In this document: positions 9,251 to 17,292 of the stretch, in pieces
Layout of the letters: each line of letters begins with the position of its first letter
Numbering within the stretch: the stretch's first letter is position 1
Assembly: GCA_963792385.1 (NCBI GenBank)
Contig: CAWBVZ010000004.1
Coordinates: 205,584-237,583, forward strand
Reading direction: 5' to 3'
Source of the DNA: an uncultured Solirubrobacteraceae bacterium
GTDB taxonomy: Bacteria > Actinomycetota > Thermoleophilia > Solirubrobacterales > Solirubrobacteraceae
DNA: 32,000 nt
Notes under the pieces: generated by a model
Databases searched by the model: none
Seen by the model: the letters and a program-made list of their open reading frames with translations, nothing else
Told to the model about the DNA's origin: nothing
Made by a program: the position numbers and the translations under genes

Positions 9251-10117
9251 GTGCGCGGTTCGTCCACACTCGCCGCGGCAACCGTCGCCGTCGCCGCCCT
9301 CTCGGCGGCCTCGCCGGCTGCCGCGCAGTCCACCGGCGGTGCGCAGTACACGAAGCCGCCGAAGCGACTCACCGCGCCGACGTTCGTGATCGCGCCGGCC
9401 GCGGTCGCGCCCGGGGCGACGCTGACCGTGCGCTACCGCGTCGCCGGCCGCCCGCGCCTCGTGCGCGTGCGGATCGACCTGCTGCCCGAGGCCGGCGGGC
9501 GCCCGGCGGCGACGCTGCGGCTCGGCCGGCGGCCCACCAACCGCGACCTCACCGCCAGCTGGCGCCCGAGCCTGCAGCCCGGCCGCTACACCGCCCGCCT
9601 GCGCGCCACCGCACCCCAGCGTGCGCACACGGCGCGCGCGTCGACGAGCGCGACGCTCGAGGTCGCCCCGGCCCCCGCCCCCACCTCGACCGGCGTGTTC
9701 CCCGTGGAGGGCCCGTACGGCCTCGGCGGCGCGGCCGCCAAGTTCGGAGCCGCACGGGAGGGGCATGTGCACCAGGGGCAGGACATCGTCGCCGCCGCCG
9801 GGACGCCGATCGTGGCCCCGCGCGCGGGATCCGTCAGCTGGCGCGCGTACCAGGCCGACGGCGCCGGGCACTACATCGTGCTGCACGGCGACGACGGCCG
9901 CGACTACGTGTTCATGCACATGCAGACCGGGTCCGTCGCCGTCCAGAAGGCCCAGGCGGTGGCGGCCGGTGCGCGGCTCGGCACGGTCGGCGCGACCGGC
10001 CATGCCGACGGCCCGCACCTGCACTTCGAGATCTGGCCCGGCGGCTGGTACGCGAGCAAGAGCTCCCAGCCGATCGATCCGCTGCCCGACCTCCTCGCCT
10101 GGGCTGCATCAGGCTGA
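9251..10117 (+). CDS. Secreted M23 family metallopeptidase
   Basis: GTG start with a signal peptide ending AAAQS. M23 motifs are HQGQDIVAAAGTPIVAP and GATGHADGPHLHFEI. Confidence 0.85.
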   Translation: MRGSSTLAAATVAVAALSAASPAAAQSTGGAQYTKPPKRLTAPTFVIAPAAVAPGATLTVRYRVAGRPRLVRVRIDLLPEAGGRPAATLRLGRRPTNRDLTASWRPSLQPGRYTARLRATAPQRAHTARASTSATLEVAPAPAPTSTGVFPVEGPYGLGGAAAKFGAAREGHVHQGQDIVAAAGTPIVAPRAGSVSWRAYQADGAGHYIVLHGDDGRDYVFMHMQTGSVAVQKAQAVAAGARLGTVGATGHADGPHLHFEIWPGGWYASKSSQPIDPLPDLLAWAASG

Positions 10118-10131
10118 GTTAGGCTCGGCGT

Positions 10132-10810
10132 GTGGTCGTCCACACCGCCCTGCCCGAACCGCTGACCGCCGCCGTCGACGCCGTCCTCGCGCCGACCGCT
10201 CTCGACCACGCGCCGCATGGCGACAGTGACCCGGTGGGCGCGGCGGAGCAGGCGGCCGGCGATCCGGCCGCCATCGCGTTGATCGGCCCGTTCCGGTCAG
10301 CCGAGGTGGCCGAGGCGGTCGAGGCGACCGCGCCCAGACGGCTCCCGCTGCTCGCCCCGGTGGCGACCTGGGCCGGCGTGACCCGCGCCGACGAGCCCGG
10401 CTGCGGCGACGAGCACGCCCGCCACGACGGCACGATCTTCCGGCTCGTGGCGCGCGACACCGTCGTCGCGCAGCGGATCGCGGAGAAGGTCGCGGCGGCC
10501 GGCCGGCACGCGCGCGTGATCGCCGGCGACCACGGCTACGGCCGCCAGCTCGACGGCCAGCTCCGTCTCGCCGGCCTTCCGCGCGCCGAGCGCGACGCCG
10601 ACGTGATCGTGCTCTGCGGCCTGGCCGGCGAGCCCGAGATCGAGCAGGCGCGCGCTCTCGCCCGCTCCCGATCATCGCCTTCGACGGCACTCGTCGTCGA
10701 AGGCGTCAAGGCCGGCCGCGACGACCTGCTCGCGCACGATCCGCGCGCTCGGCCCGTTCGACGAGTACGGCGATCCGATCGACCCGCCGGTTCGGTTCGT
10801 GACGCTCTAG
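10132..10810 (+). pseudogene. Periplasmic-binding-protein type I-like (Leu/Ile/Val-binding family-like) protein; frame probably broken near the 3' end
   Basis: AIALIGPFRSAEVAEAV...LPLLAPVAT...IFRLVARDTVVAQRIAEKV...ARVIAGDHGYGRQL resembles a type I PBP fold. The protein-like ending LGPFDEYGDPIDPPVRFVTL-stop (TAG 10808-10810) is in the +1 frame relative to the start. The break lies near 10744-10748 (cgcgcgc). The rest of tracked ORF 10132..11616 is antisense to the EAL domain. Confidence 0.4.
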
Positions 10811-12874
10811 GACGCGTAGCCGCCGACGACCCGGAACGGGACGACGGGTTCGGGCAGGAATTCCTGCACCGCGAGAGCCGTGCGCCGCTCCCCGAGCAGA
10901 CGCGTCATCGCGTCGGCGGGCAGCGGGCGCGACACGTAGAAGCCCTGCGCGAGGTCGCAGCCCAGCTCTGCCAGGCGGCGCCATGCCTCGTGCGACTCGA
11001 CGCCTTCGGCCACGACCTTCAGGCCGAGATTGTGCGCGAGGTCGATCGTGGAGCGCACGATCGCGGCGTCGGACGGGTCGTGCGGCATGTCGATCACGAA
11101 CGACTTGTCGATCTTGATCACGTCGACCGGGAGCCGCTTGAGGTTGGCGAGCGACGAGTAGCCGGTGCCGAAGTCGTCGACCGAGAGGCTGAGGCCGATG
11201 GCGCTGAGGCGGTCGAGCGTGGCCTTTGCGCGGGCCGGGTCGAGCATCAGCATGCTCTCGGTGATCTCGAGCTCGAGCCGTCGCGCGTCGACGCCCGAGG
11301 CCTCGAGCAGCCGCGGGATCTCAACGGCCAACTGCGCGTCCAGGAAGGAACGCGCAGAAAGGTTGACGGCAACGCTGAGCTCCTCGCCCTGCTCGGCCCA
11401 CTCGCTGAGCTGGCTGAGCGCCTCTTGCAGGACGTGCGATGTGAGCGGCCCGATCAGGCCGGTCTGTTCGGCGATCGGTACGAACTCGGATGGCCCGATC
11501 AGGCCGAGCCGCGGGTGCTGCCAGCGGGCGAGCGCCTCGACGCCGACGATCTTGCCCGTCGTGAGCTCTGCCTTCGGCTGGTAGAAGAGGACGATCTCGC
11601 CGTCGGCGATCGCTGAGCGCAGCGCGCCGGCGAGTGAGAGCCGGCGCGGGCTGTAGCGGTCGAGCTGCTGCTCGAAGAGGAGGTGGCCGCGACCGCCCTC
11701 CTTCGCGGCGTACATCGCGATGTCCGCGCGCTGGATCAGCTGCTCGACGGCCGTGCCGTGCTCGGGCGCGCACGCGATGCCGATGCTGGCGTCGACCTCG
11801 AGCGTCAGCCCTTCGATCGAGGAACGGCTCGCGCAGCTGCGTGAGCAGGTCGTGCGCGACCGCGCTCGCGTCCGCGGAGCTCGGGAGGTCGCACAGCAGC
11901 ACGCCGAACTCGTCGCCGCCGAGGCGCGCGACCGTGTTCGGCTCCTCGAGCGAGGCGCGCAGGCGCACCGACACCTCTTGGAGCAGCCGGTCGCCGGCGT
12001 GGTGGCCGAGCGTGTCGTTGATCTCCTTGAAGTGGTCGAGGTCGATCAGCATCACCGCGGCGGTGCAATCCCCGCGGCGGCCGGCGCTGACCACCTGCTC
12101 GATGCGGTGGCGGAACAGCGAGCGGTTCGGCAGGCCGGTGAGCGCGTCGTGGAGCGCCTGGTGCTCCTTGGCGATCGCCTGGCGGCCACCGCGGTGGACG
12201 GCGAGCAGCGGCAGGAAGAGCAGCGCCACGGACGGCAGGGCGAAGTCGGCGGCGAGGGCGACCATCGGCGAGAGGCCCAGCATCAGGCCGCCGGTGGAGA
12301 CCTGGAAGAACCAGTCCTGGACGACGTGACGGCCGATCCGCAGGCCCTGCACGAGGGCGATCACGGTGGCGACCAGCGAGGAGTTGACCAGGAAGAAGAC
12401 GGTTGCGGCTGCGAGGATGCCGGGCAGGTCGGCGGGCGCGAAGTGGAACTGGTCGCCGAGGTGGGGGACGTCGGTCAGCAGCCCGAGCACGAGCGCGGCG
12501 GCCGTGAGCGTGATCACGTACTGCGACGCGTTGAACAGCAGCTTGAGCGGCGCCTTGCGCTGGATGACGTCCGCGGCGAAGCTCGCGCAGATCAGCGCGA
12601 CCACGGCGCACGCCGGGCCGGCGGCGAGCAGGGCGGCGAACGCGAAGGTGGTCGAGGTCGTGACCTCGCCCTCAGCGCCGCGGGTTACGACCTTCAGTGA
12701 GATCAGCTCGCCGGCGAACGCGCAGGCGGCGAAAAGCATGACCTCGGGGGTGAGCAGCCGGGAAAGGCTGCTGCCGTCCAGAGCGAAGACCGCCGCGCAG
12801 CACAAAACGCCAACCGCGGCAACGAGGAAGACGTATGCCTTGAGCGGCGGAAGTCTGGACGTGGAAGTTTGCAT
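10807..12874 (-). pseudogene. Membrane-anchored GGDEF-EAL (diguanylate cyclase/phosphodiesterase) protein; one frame break inside the GGDEF domain
   Basis: The N-terminal polytopic membrane region is about 230 aa. GGDEF domain: LTGLPNR, DLDHFKEINDTLGHHAGD, RLGGDEFGVL. After REPFL the collinear continuation IEGLTLEVDASIGIACAPEHG...ADIAMYAAKEGG is in the next frame, with the break near 11818. EAL domain: FYQPK, EALARW, ELEITES, DDFGTGYSSL. Confidence 0.85.
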
Positions 12875-12882
12875 CGTCGTGG

Positions 12883-12942
12883 AAAAAAAGAAGAGGGTGC
12901 CCTGCCCCTGCTGCGCCGCCCTGGCGGCGCACCGGCACCCTC
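12883..12942 (-). terminator. Strong intrinsic terminator or attenuator immediately upstream of the GGDEF-EAL start codon
   Basis: Minus-strand RNA has an outer stem GAGGGUGCC (12942-12934) / GGCACCCUC (12901-12893). The inner 8-bp stem is UGCGCCGC/GCGGCGCA (12931-12924 / 12919-12912) with a 4-nt loop. It is followed by UUCUUUUUUU (12892-12883). Only 8 nt (ccacgacg) separate the U-tract from ATG 12874. Confidence 0.7.
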
Positions 12943-12946
12943 CTCG

Positions 12947-12985
12947 CTACCACTTACGGCCGTTGAGGACCTTCATGGGTTCCAT
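12947..12985 (-). promoter_or_regulatory. Candidate leader mini-ORF (MEPMKVLNGRKW-stop) ending 4 nt before the terminator stem
   Basis: ATG 12985 (second ATG at 12976) and TAG at 12949-12947. GAAGGGA lies just upstream. A ribosome on the stop codon would cover the 5' arm of the hairpin. Whether it is translated is unknown. Confidence 0.25.
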
Positions 12986-13035
12986 TCCCTTCGTTCGAGT
13001 CGTTCGGAGCGGACAGTTGGCGTAGGACGAAATGC

Positions 13036-13125
13036 CTACGACCACTTCCAGCCGGCGCCGAGCCCCTCGAGGAGGATGGCCACGATGCTCACGGTCATTG
13101 CAGTGCGATACAGACGTGCCTTCAC
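13036..13125 (-). CDS. Unannotated small hydrophobic protein, 29 aa (MKARLYRTAMTVSIVAILLEGLGAGWKWS)
   Basis: It is absent from the ORF track because it is too short. A perfect AAGGAGG SD (13137-13131) lies 5 nt upstream of GTG 13125. 24 of 29 codons end in G or C, which fits the genome's coding bias. It has one hydrophobic helix-length segment and stop TAG at 13038-13036. Confidence 0.45.
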   Translation of the reverse strand: MKARLYRTAMTVSIVAILLEGLGAGWKWS

Positions 13126-13267
13126 TTTGACCTCCTTGTCATCGGCCCCTGGTCCTGATTCCAGGAGCCTCAATCACAACCCTCATCGGCGGACGCGAGC
13201 GGGAGGCTGAGCAATTGGACATTTGTTGGAGTGAGGCCCCGGCCGCCCGCGCCGATGCGGTTCGAAC

Positions 13268-13828
13268 ATGATCCTTGGCCTCGTCTTCCTCGCGTGTCTG
13301 TTTACGGTTCCCCTCGCGCGCGGGCGTCTGACTGCGCTCGCCGACCTCAAGCTGCGCCGCCCGTGGCTTGCGATCGCCGGCATCGGCGTCCAGATCGTGA
13401 TCATTTCCGTGCTCCCCTCGGGCACCGCCGGGCTGCACGAGGCCGTACACATGGGCAGCTACGTACTCCTCGGTGCCTTCGCCTGGTCCAACCGGAGCGT
13501 TCCGGGCGTGCTGCTGATCATGCTCGGCGGGCTGCTGAACTTCGTCGCGATCGCGGCCAACGGCGGCGTGATGCCCGCCGATCCGGAGCTCGCCCTGCAT
13601 GTCGCGCGCGAGGCGGGCGAGGGCTTCGTCAACTCCGGCGCGATCGCCCACCCGCACCTGCTGTTCCTCGGCGACGTGTTCGCGACCCCCGAGTCGTGGC
13701 CGCTCTACAACGTGTACAGCGTCGGCGACATCACGATCGTGCTCGGCGTGCTCGTGCTGCTGCACGGCGTCTGCCGCTCCCGCCTGGTCCCTCGCCGCTG
13801 GCGCACGCCGGTCCCCGCAGGGGCCTGA
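13268..13828 (+). CDS. DUF5317 family membrane protein
   Basis: Intact 186-aa ORF with several TM segments and the motif NFVAIAANGGVMP...FLGDVF, which I associate with DUF5317. It is divergent from the GGDEF-EAL leader. Confidence 0.6.
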   Translation: MILGLVFLACLFTVPLARGRLTALADLKLRRPWLAIAGIGVQIVIISVLPSGTAGLHEAVHMGSYVLLGAFAWSNRSVPGVLLIMLGGLLNFVAIAANGGVMPADPELALHVAREAGEGFVNSGAIAHPHLLFLGDVFATPESWPLYNVYSVGDITIVLGVLVLLHGVCRSRLVPRRWRTPVPAGA

Positions 13829-13831
13829 GCC

Positions 13832-15061
13832 ATGCTTCGCGCAGCGCTGGCGGACTCGCCGAGCCGCCGCTTCTTCGTTGCGCATGCGCAGTCGTGCCTG
13901 GGCTCCGGCCTCGCGCACGTGGCGATGCCCCTGATCGCGTACGAGCACACGCACTCGGCGTGGGCGATCACCGCCGTGCTGATCCCCGATCTGCTGCCGG
14001 CGATCCTGTTCGGCCCGCTGCTCGGCGCGCTGGTGGATCGGGTCGGCTGGCGGACGTGCGCGATCGCCGCGGATCTTCTGCGCATGGTGGCCTTCACGCT
14101 CGTCGCGTTCGCCCACTCGTTGCCGTGGATGGTCGTCGGCGCCGCCTTGGCGGGCTTCGGTAGCGCGCTGTTCTCCCCCGCCGCGCTCTCGGGCGTGACG
14201 CGCCTCGCGCGCGGGGAACGTCGTCCGGCCGCGCTCGGCCTGTTCGGGGCACTCGACGATCTCGGCCTCACCGCGGGGCCGGCGATCGGCGTCGGGTTGC
14301 TCGCCCTGGTCGCGCCCGCGGCGCTGCTCGGCGCCAACGCGGTGACCTTCGCGGTCTCGGCCGTGCTGCTGACCACGGTCGGCCCGCGGCGCGAGCGGCG
14401 CGGCGGCGTGCGCTTCCCGCACACCTCGCTGTGGACCGACCTCACCCTCGGGCTGCGCTCGATCGGCGGTCGCGCGGAGGTGCGGCTGCTGCTGGCCAGC
14501 TCGACCGCCGCGGTCTTGTTCGCGGGCGTGACGAACATCGGCGAGGTGCTGCTCGCGCGCGATGTGCTCGGCACGAGCGCCTCCGGGCTTGCCGCCCTTG
14601 TCGCCGCGCACGGCGCCGGCACGATCCTCGGGTCGCTCGCGGCGCGCTTCAAGAGCTCGTGGGAGTGGCGCCGGGCGTACATCGCCGGGCTCTGCTGCAT
14701 GGCGGGCGACCTACTGCTGTGCGCGCTCGTACCGAATCTGTGGCTGCTGCTGCCGGTGTTCGTCCTCGGCGGCTTCGGCAACGGTTTCGCGCTCGTGCAC
14801 GACCGGCTGCTGCTCGGCGCCGCGGTGCCGGACGCGCTGCACGGCCGCGTCTACGCGCTGCAGAAGGCGCTCACCTCGCTCGCGTTCGCCACATCGTTCA
14901 TCGGCGCGAGCGTCTTGATCTCGGTCGGGGGCGTGCAGATGACGTTCGCGCTCGCTGGGGCTGGCATGCTGGGGGTGATCGCGATCTCCAGCCCGCGCAT
15001 GCGCGCGGCCTGGCCCGCGCCGTCCGCCCCGCCCGCCCTTGCCCATGTGGCTCGACCCTGA
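13832..15061 (+). CDS. MFS transporter (EntS/MFS_3-like)
   Basis: Intact 409-aa ORF starting 3 nt after the DUF5317 stop. It has about 12 TM segments, with PLLGALVDRVGWR as the loop 2-3 motif. Confidence 0.8.
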   Translation: MLRAALADSPSRRFFVAHAQSCLGSGLAHVAMPLIAYEHTHSAWAITAVLIPDLLPAILFGPLLGALVDRVGWRTCAIAADLLRMVAFTLVAFAHSLPWMVVGAALAGFGSALFSPAALSGVTRLARGERRPAALGLFGALDDLGLTAGPAIGVGLLALVAPAALLGANAVTFAVSAVLLTTVGPRRERRGGVRFPHTSLWTDLTLGLRSIGGRAEVRLLLASSTAAVLFAGVTNIGEVLLARDVLGTSASGLAALVAAHGAGTILGSLAARFKSSWEWRRAYIAGLCCMAGDLLLCALVPNLWLLLPVFVLGGFGNGFALVHDRLLLGAAVPDALHGRVYALQKALTSLAFATSFIGASVLISVGGVQMTFALAGAGMLGVIAISSPRMRAAWPAPSAPPALAHVARP

Positions 15062-15827
15062 CCTCTACGACGCCGAGAACGCCGACGACCCGGCGTTCGA
15101 TCTCGGCTTCTGGGAGTCGGTGGTGCGCGACGTCGCGCCGCGCCGGATGCTCGAGCTCGCCTGCGGCACCGGACGCCTGACGCTTCCGCTCGCTCGGCTC
15201 GGCGTGGCCGAGGAGCTGGTGGCGCTCGACTCCAGCGCGCCGTTCGTCGCGCGGCTGCGCGAGCGCCTCGCCGAGGAGCCGGAGGCCGTGCGGGACGCGG
15301 TGCATGTGGTCGAGGGCGACATGCGCGATCCCGCAGTGGACGGCCGGTTCGACCTCATCGCCGTGCCGTTCAACTCGCTCGCCTATCTCATCGCGCGCGA
15401 GGACCGGGTGGCCTGCCTGCGGTCGGCGCGCGAACTGCTCGCGCCGGGCGGCCGGCTCGCGTTCGACATCATCCAGCCGCGCTACGACTTCCTCGCCGAG
15501 GCCCTGCAGTCGTGCCCGCCGCTGCGCGTCGACGTCGACCACCCCGCGCCGGAGTACGGCATCGCCCGCTTCATGCGCACCTACCACGACGTCTACGACG
15601 CGCTCAACCAGACGCTGCGCTCGACCAACCGCTACGAGATCCACCACTCCGACGGCCGCGTCGAGCACCGGATCAGCGATCTCGACTGGCACATCTACTT
15701 CCCGGAGGAGCTCGAGCTGCTGCTCGAGAGCACCGGGCTGCAGGTCGTCGAGCGCTTCGGCGACTACGAGCGCGGGCCGTGGACGGCGGCCTCGCGGCGG
15801 TACCTTTGGCTCACCGAAGCGGTCTAG
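15045..15827 (+). CDS. Class I SAM-dependent methyltransferase
   Basis: Motif I is MLELACGTGRLTLPLA, with post-I LDSS and motif II FDLIAVPFNS. ATG 15045 is preferred over TTG 15039. It overlaps the MFS 3' end by 17 nt. Confidence 0.8.
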   Translation: MWLDPDLYDAENADDPAFDLGFWESVVRDVAPRRMLELACGTGRLTLPLARLGVAEELVALDSSAPFVARLRERLAEEPEAVRDAVHVVEGDMRDPAVDGRFDLIAVPFNSLAYLIAREDRVACLRSARELLAPGGRLAFDIIQPRYDFLAEALQSCPPLRVDVDHPAPEYGIARFMRTYHDVYDALNQTLRSTNRYEIHHSDGRVEHRISDLDWHIYFPEELELLLESTGLQVVERFGDYERGPWTAASRRYLWLTEAV

Positions 15828-15849
15828 CGCTAGGCTCTAGCGCCGCCAC

Positions 15850-15922
15850 GGCGAGATAGCTCAGTTGGTAGAGCACACGACTGAAAATCGTGGTGTCCCC
15901 GGTTCGAGTCCGGGTCTCGCCA
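15850..15922 (+). tRNA. tRNA-Phe (anticodon GAA)
   Basis: Hand-folded cloverleaf. Acceptor GGCGAGA/TCTCGCC; D arm GCTC-AGTTGGTA-GAGC; anticodon arm CACGA-CTGAAAA-TCGTG; variable loop GTGTC; T arm CCCGG-TTCGAGT-CCGGG; discriminator A. CCA is not encoded. Confidence 0.93.
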
Positions 15923-15927
15923 CTTGG

Positions 15928-15954
15928 AACCGCCTGCTAGCAGGCGGTTTTCTT
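15928..15954 (+). terminator. Intrinsic terminator after tRNA-Phe
   Basis: Perfect palindrome ACCGCCTG-ctag-CAGGCGGT followed by TTTTCTT. On the other strand only two T residues follow, so it is weaker for the convergent kinase gene. Confidence 0.7.
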
Positions 15955-15976
15955 GTGGTCACACGGCTGTGCAGGA

Positions 15977-17137
15977 TCAGCGCAACTGGCGCTCGGTGTT
16001 GTAGTCGCGCTCGGTGAGGGCGTCGATCGCGGTCGCGGGCAGTTGTAACGTGACGCAGAGTCCGCCAGTGGCGCGGGGGGTGAGAGTGAGGGTTCCGTCG
16101 TGGGCTTGGGCGATGCTCTTGACGATCGCCAGGCCGAGGCCGACGCCTGCGTGGTCGGTGCGTATGCGTTTGGAGCCGCGCTGAAACGGCTCGGCAAGCG
16201 TCGCAACCAGCTGTGGGGTGAGCTTGTCGCCGGTGTTTTCGACCGTGAGCACCACGCGCTTGGGGTGAGCGCTGGTGGTGACCCATACGGTGCCATGTGC
16301 GGGCAGGTTGTGGACGATCGCGTTGTGCACGAGGTTCGTCGCCATCTGCAGCAGGAGGGCGGGTGAGCCGAAGGTAAGGGCCGCGTCGCCGGAGGTCTCG
16401 AGGGCGACGCCGCGTTCTTCGGCAAAGGGGAAGAGTGTCTCGGTGGCTTCTTCGGCTATGAGCGACAGGTCGGCGTGCTCTGGGGCGAAGGTGCGTTGGT
16501 CGGCGCGGCTAAGCAGGAGCAGCGCTTCGGTGAGGTCGATCGCCCGGCTGTTGACGGCGTGGAGGCGCTCCACGAGCTCGTCGTCGCCGCGGCCTTGATC
16601 GCTGCGGGCGACGTCGAGCAGCGTTTGCGTGATGGCCAATGGGGTGCGCAGCTCGTGGGAGGCGTTGGCGGCGAATCTCTGCTGTTCGTCTGCGCGTCTT
16701 TGCTGTTCGGCGACGTGTGCCTCGAGCTGTGCGAGCATGGCGTCGAAGGCGTCGGCGAGTTGGCGAAACTCGTCGCTGCGGCCCGGTAGTCGGATCCGGT
16801 GGGCCAGTGATCCAGTCGCGGCGACGAGTGTGGCATCGGAGATCCGTTCCAAGGGAGCGAGCATCCGTCCGGCGAGAAGCCACCCCCCGACGAGACCGAA
16901 CACCAGGAGGAAGACCAGCACCACGACTGCCGCCGCGCCGAAGACGCTTGGGCCAAAGTTGGTGGGGTTGAGGACGCGCGGGAAGTCGGAGAACCTGGGA
17001 ACGAGACTGCTGGTGGGATAGCCGCGCAGCAGGAACACCCACACGATGGCGAGCAGCAATGCGCCGGCGAGCATGAGGAAGCCGGCGTAGCTGAGGGTGA
17101 GCTTCAGTCGAACGCTCAACCCCGGCGCTCTATCCAT
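15977..17137 (-). CDS. vanS: VanS-like sensor histidine kinase (2 TM, HAMP, HisKA, HATPase_c)
   Basis: Start ATG 17137 (MDRAPGLSVRLKLTLSYAGFLML). H-box FAANASHELRTPLA, N-box LVHNAIVHN, and G boxes DHAGVGLGLAIV / GTLTL. It is divergent from vanHAX. The tracked ORF extends to 17218, but that extension is not protein-like. Confidence 0.8.
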   Translation of the reverse strand: MDRAPGLSVRLKLTLSYAGFLMLAGALLLAIVWVFLLRGYPTSSLVPRFSDFPRVLNPTNFGPSVFGAAAVVVLVFLLVFGLVGGWLLAGRMLAPLERISDATLVAATGSLAHRIRLPGRSDEFRQLADAFDAMLAQLEAHVAEQQRRADEQQRFAANASHELRTPLAITQTLLDVARSDQGRGDDELVERLHAVNSRAIDLTEALLLLSRADQRTFAPEHADLSLIAEEATETLFPFAEERGVALETSGDAALTFGSPALLLQMATNLVHNAIVHNLPAHGTVWVTTSAHPKRVVLTVENTGDKLTPQLVATLAEPFQRGSKRIRTDHAGVGLGLAIVKSIAQAHDGTLTLTPRATGGLCVTLQLPATAIDALTERDYNTERQLR

Positions 17138-17275
17138 GGCCGTGTCCCTCACTCCCGGTGTCGATGCAGTACCCGACGCCGTAGCGGTAGACCTCGCGGC
17201 GGAACGGTCGACGCGCACTCCCCGATGCTACGAACCGGCACATATCGCCGGCGTATCGAAAATCGCATACGCGTC
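17130..17275 (-). pseudogene. Possible decayed 3' remnant of an OmpR/VanR-type response regulator gene
   Basis: One frame ends ...RREVYRYGVGYCID...-stop (17132-17130), overlapping the kinase ATG by 8 nt as in intact vanRS pairs. This resembles the terminal TVRGVGY hairpin. Another frame upstream reads FSIRRRYV, resembling the HIRRLRRK helix. Only about 45 codons remain before the vanH start region, far short of the roughly 230 expected. Confidence 0.3.
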
Positions 17276-17292
17276 GGCAACACGCCGCTGTC

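Noticed and set aside
10659-10688. Alternative-frame peptide RPLPIIAFDG, suggesting two further frameshifts in the PBP-like gene.
   Set aside because: It is only a 10-residue resemblance to a PBP motif. It would require a shift in the opposite direction to all other breaks, so there is not enough evidence.
10132-11616. Single 494-aa protein as listed in the ORF track.
   Set aside because: Only the first roughly 200 residues look protein-like (PBP-type). Beyond about 10810 the frame runs antisense through the EAL domain of the convergent gene, and a protein-like ending with its own stop exists in the +1 frame at 10808-10810.
12943-13035. c-di-GMP riboswitch (GEMM-I/II) upstream of the GGDEF-EAL gene.
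   Set aside because: It is attractive a priori, but I could not find the conserved GEMM features (paired hairpins with GNRA tetraloop/receptor, ACGCACAGGGCAAACC-like core) by eye. A covariance-model scan is needed before any such claim.
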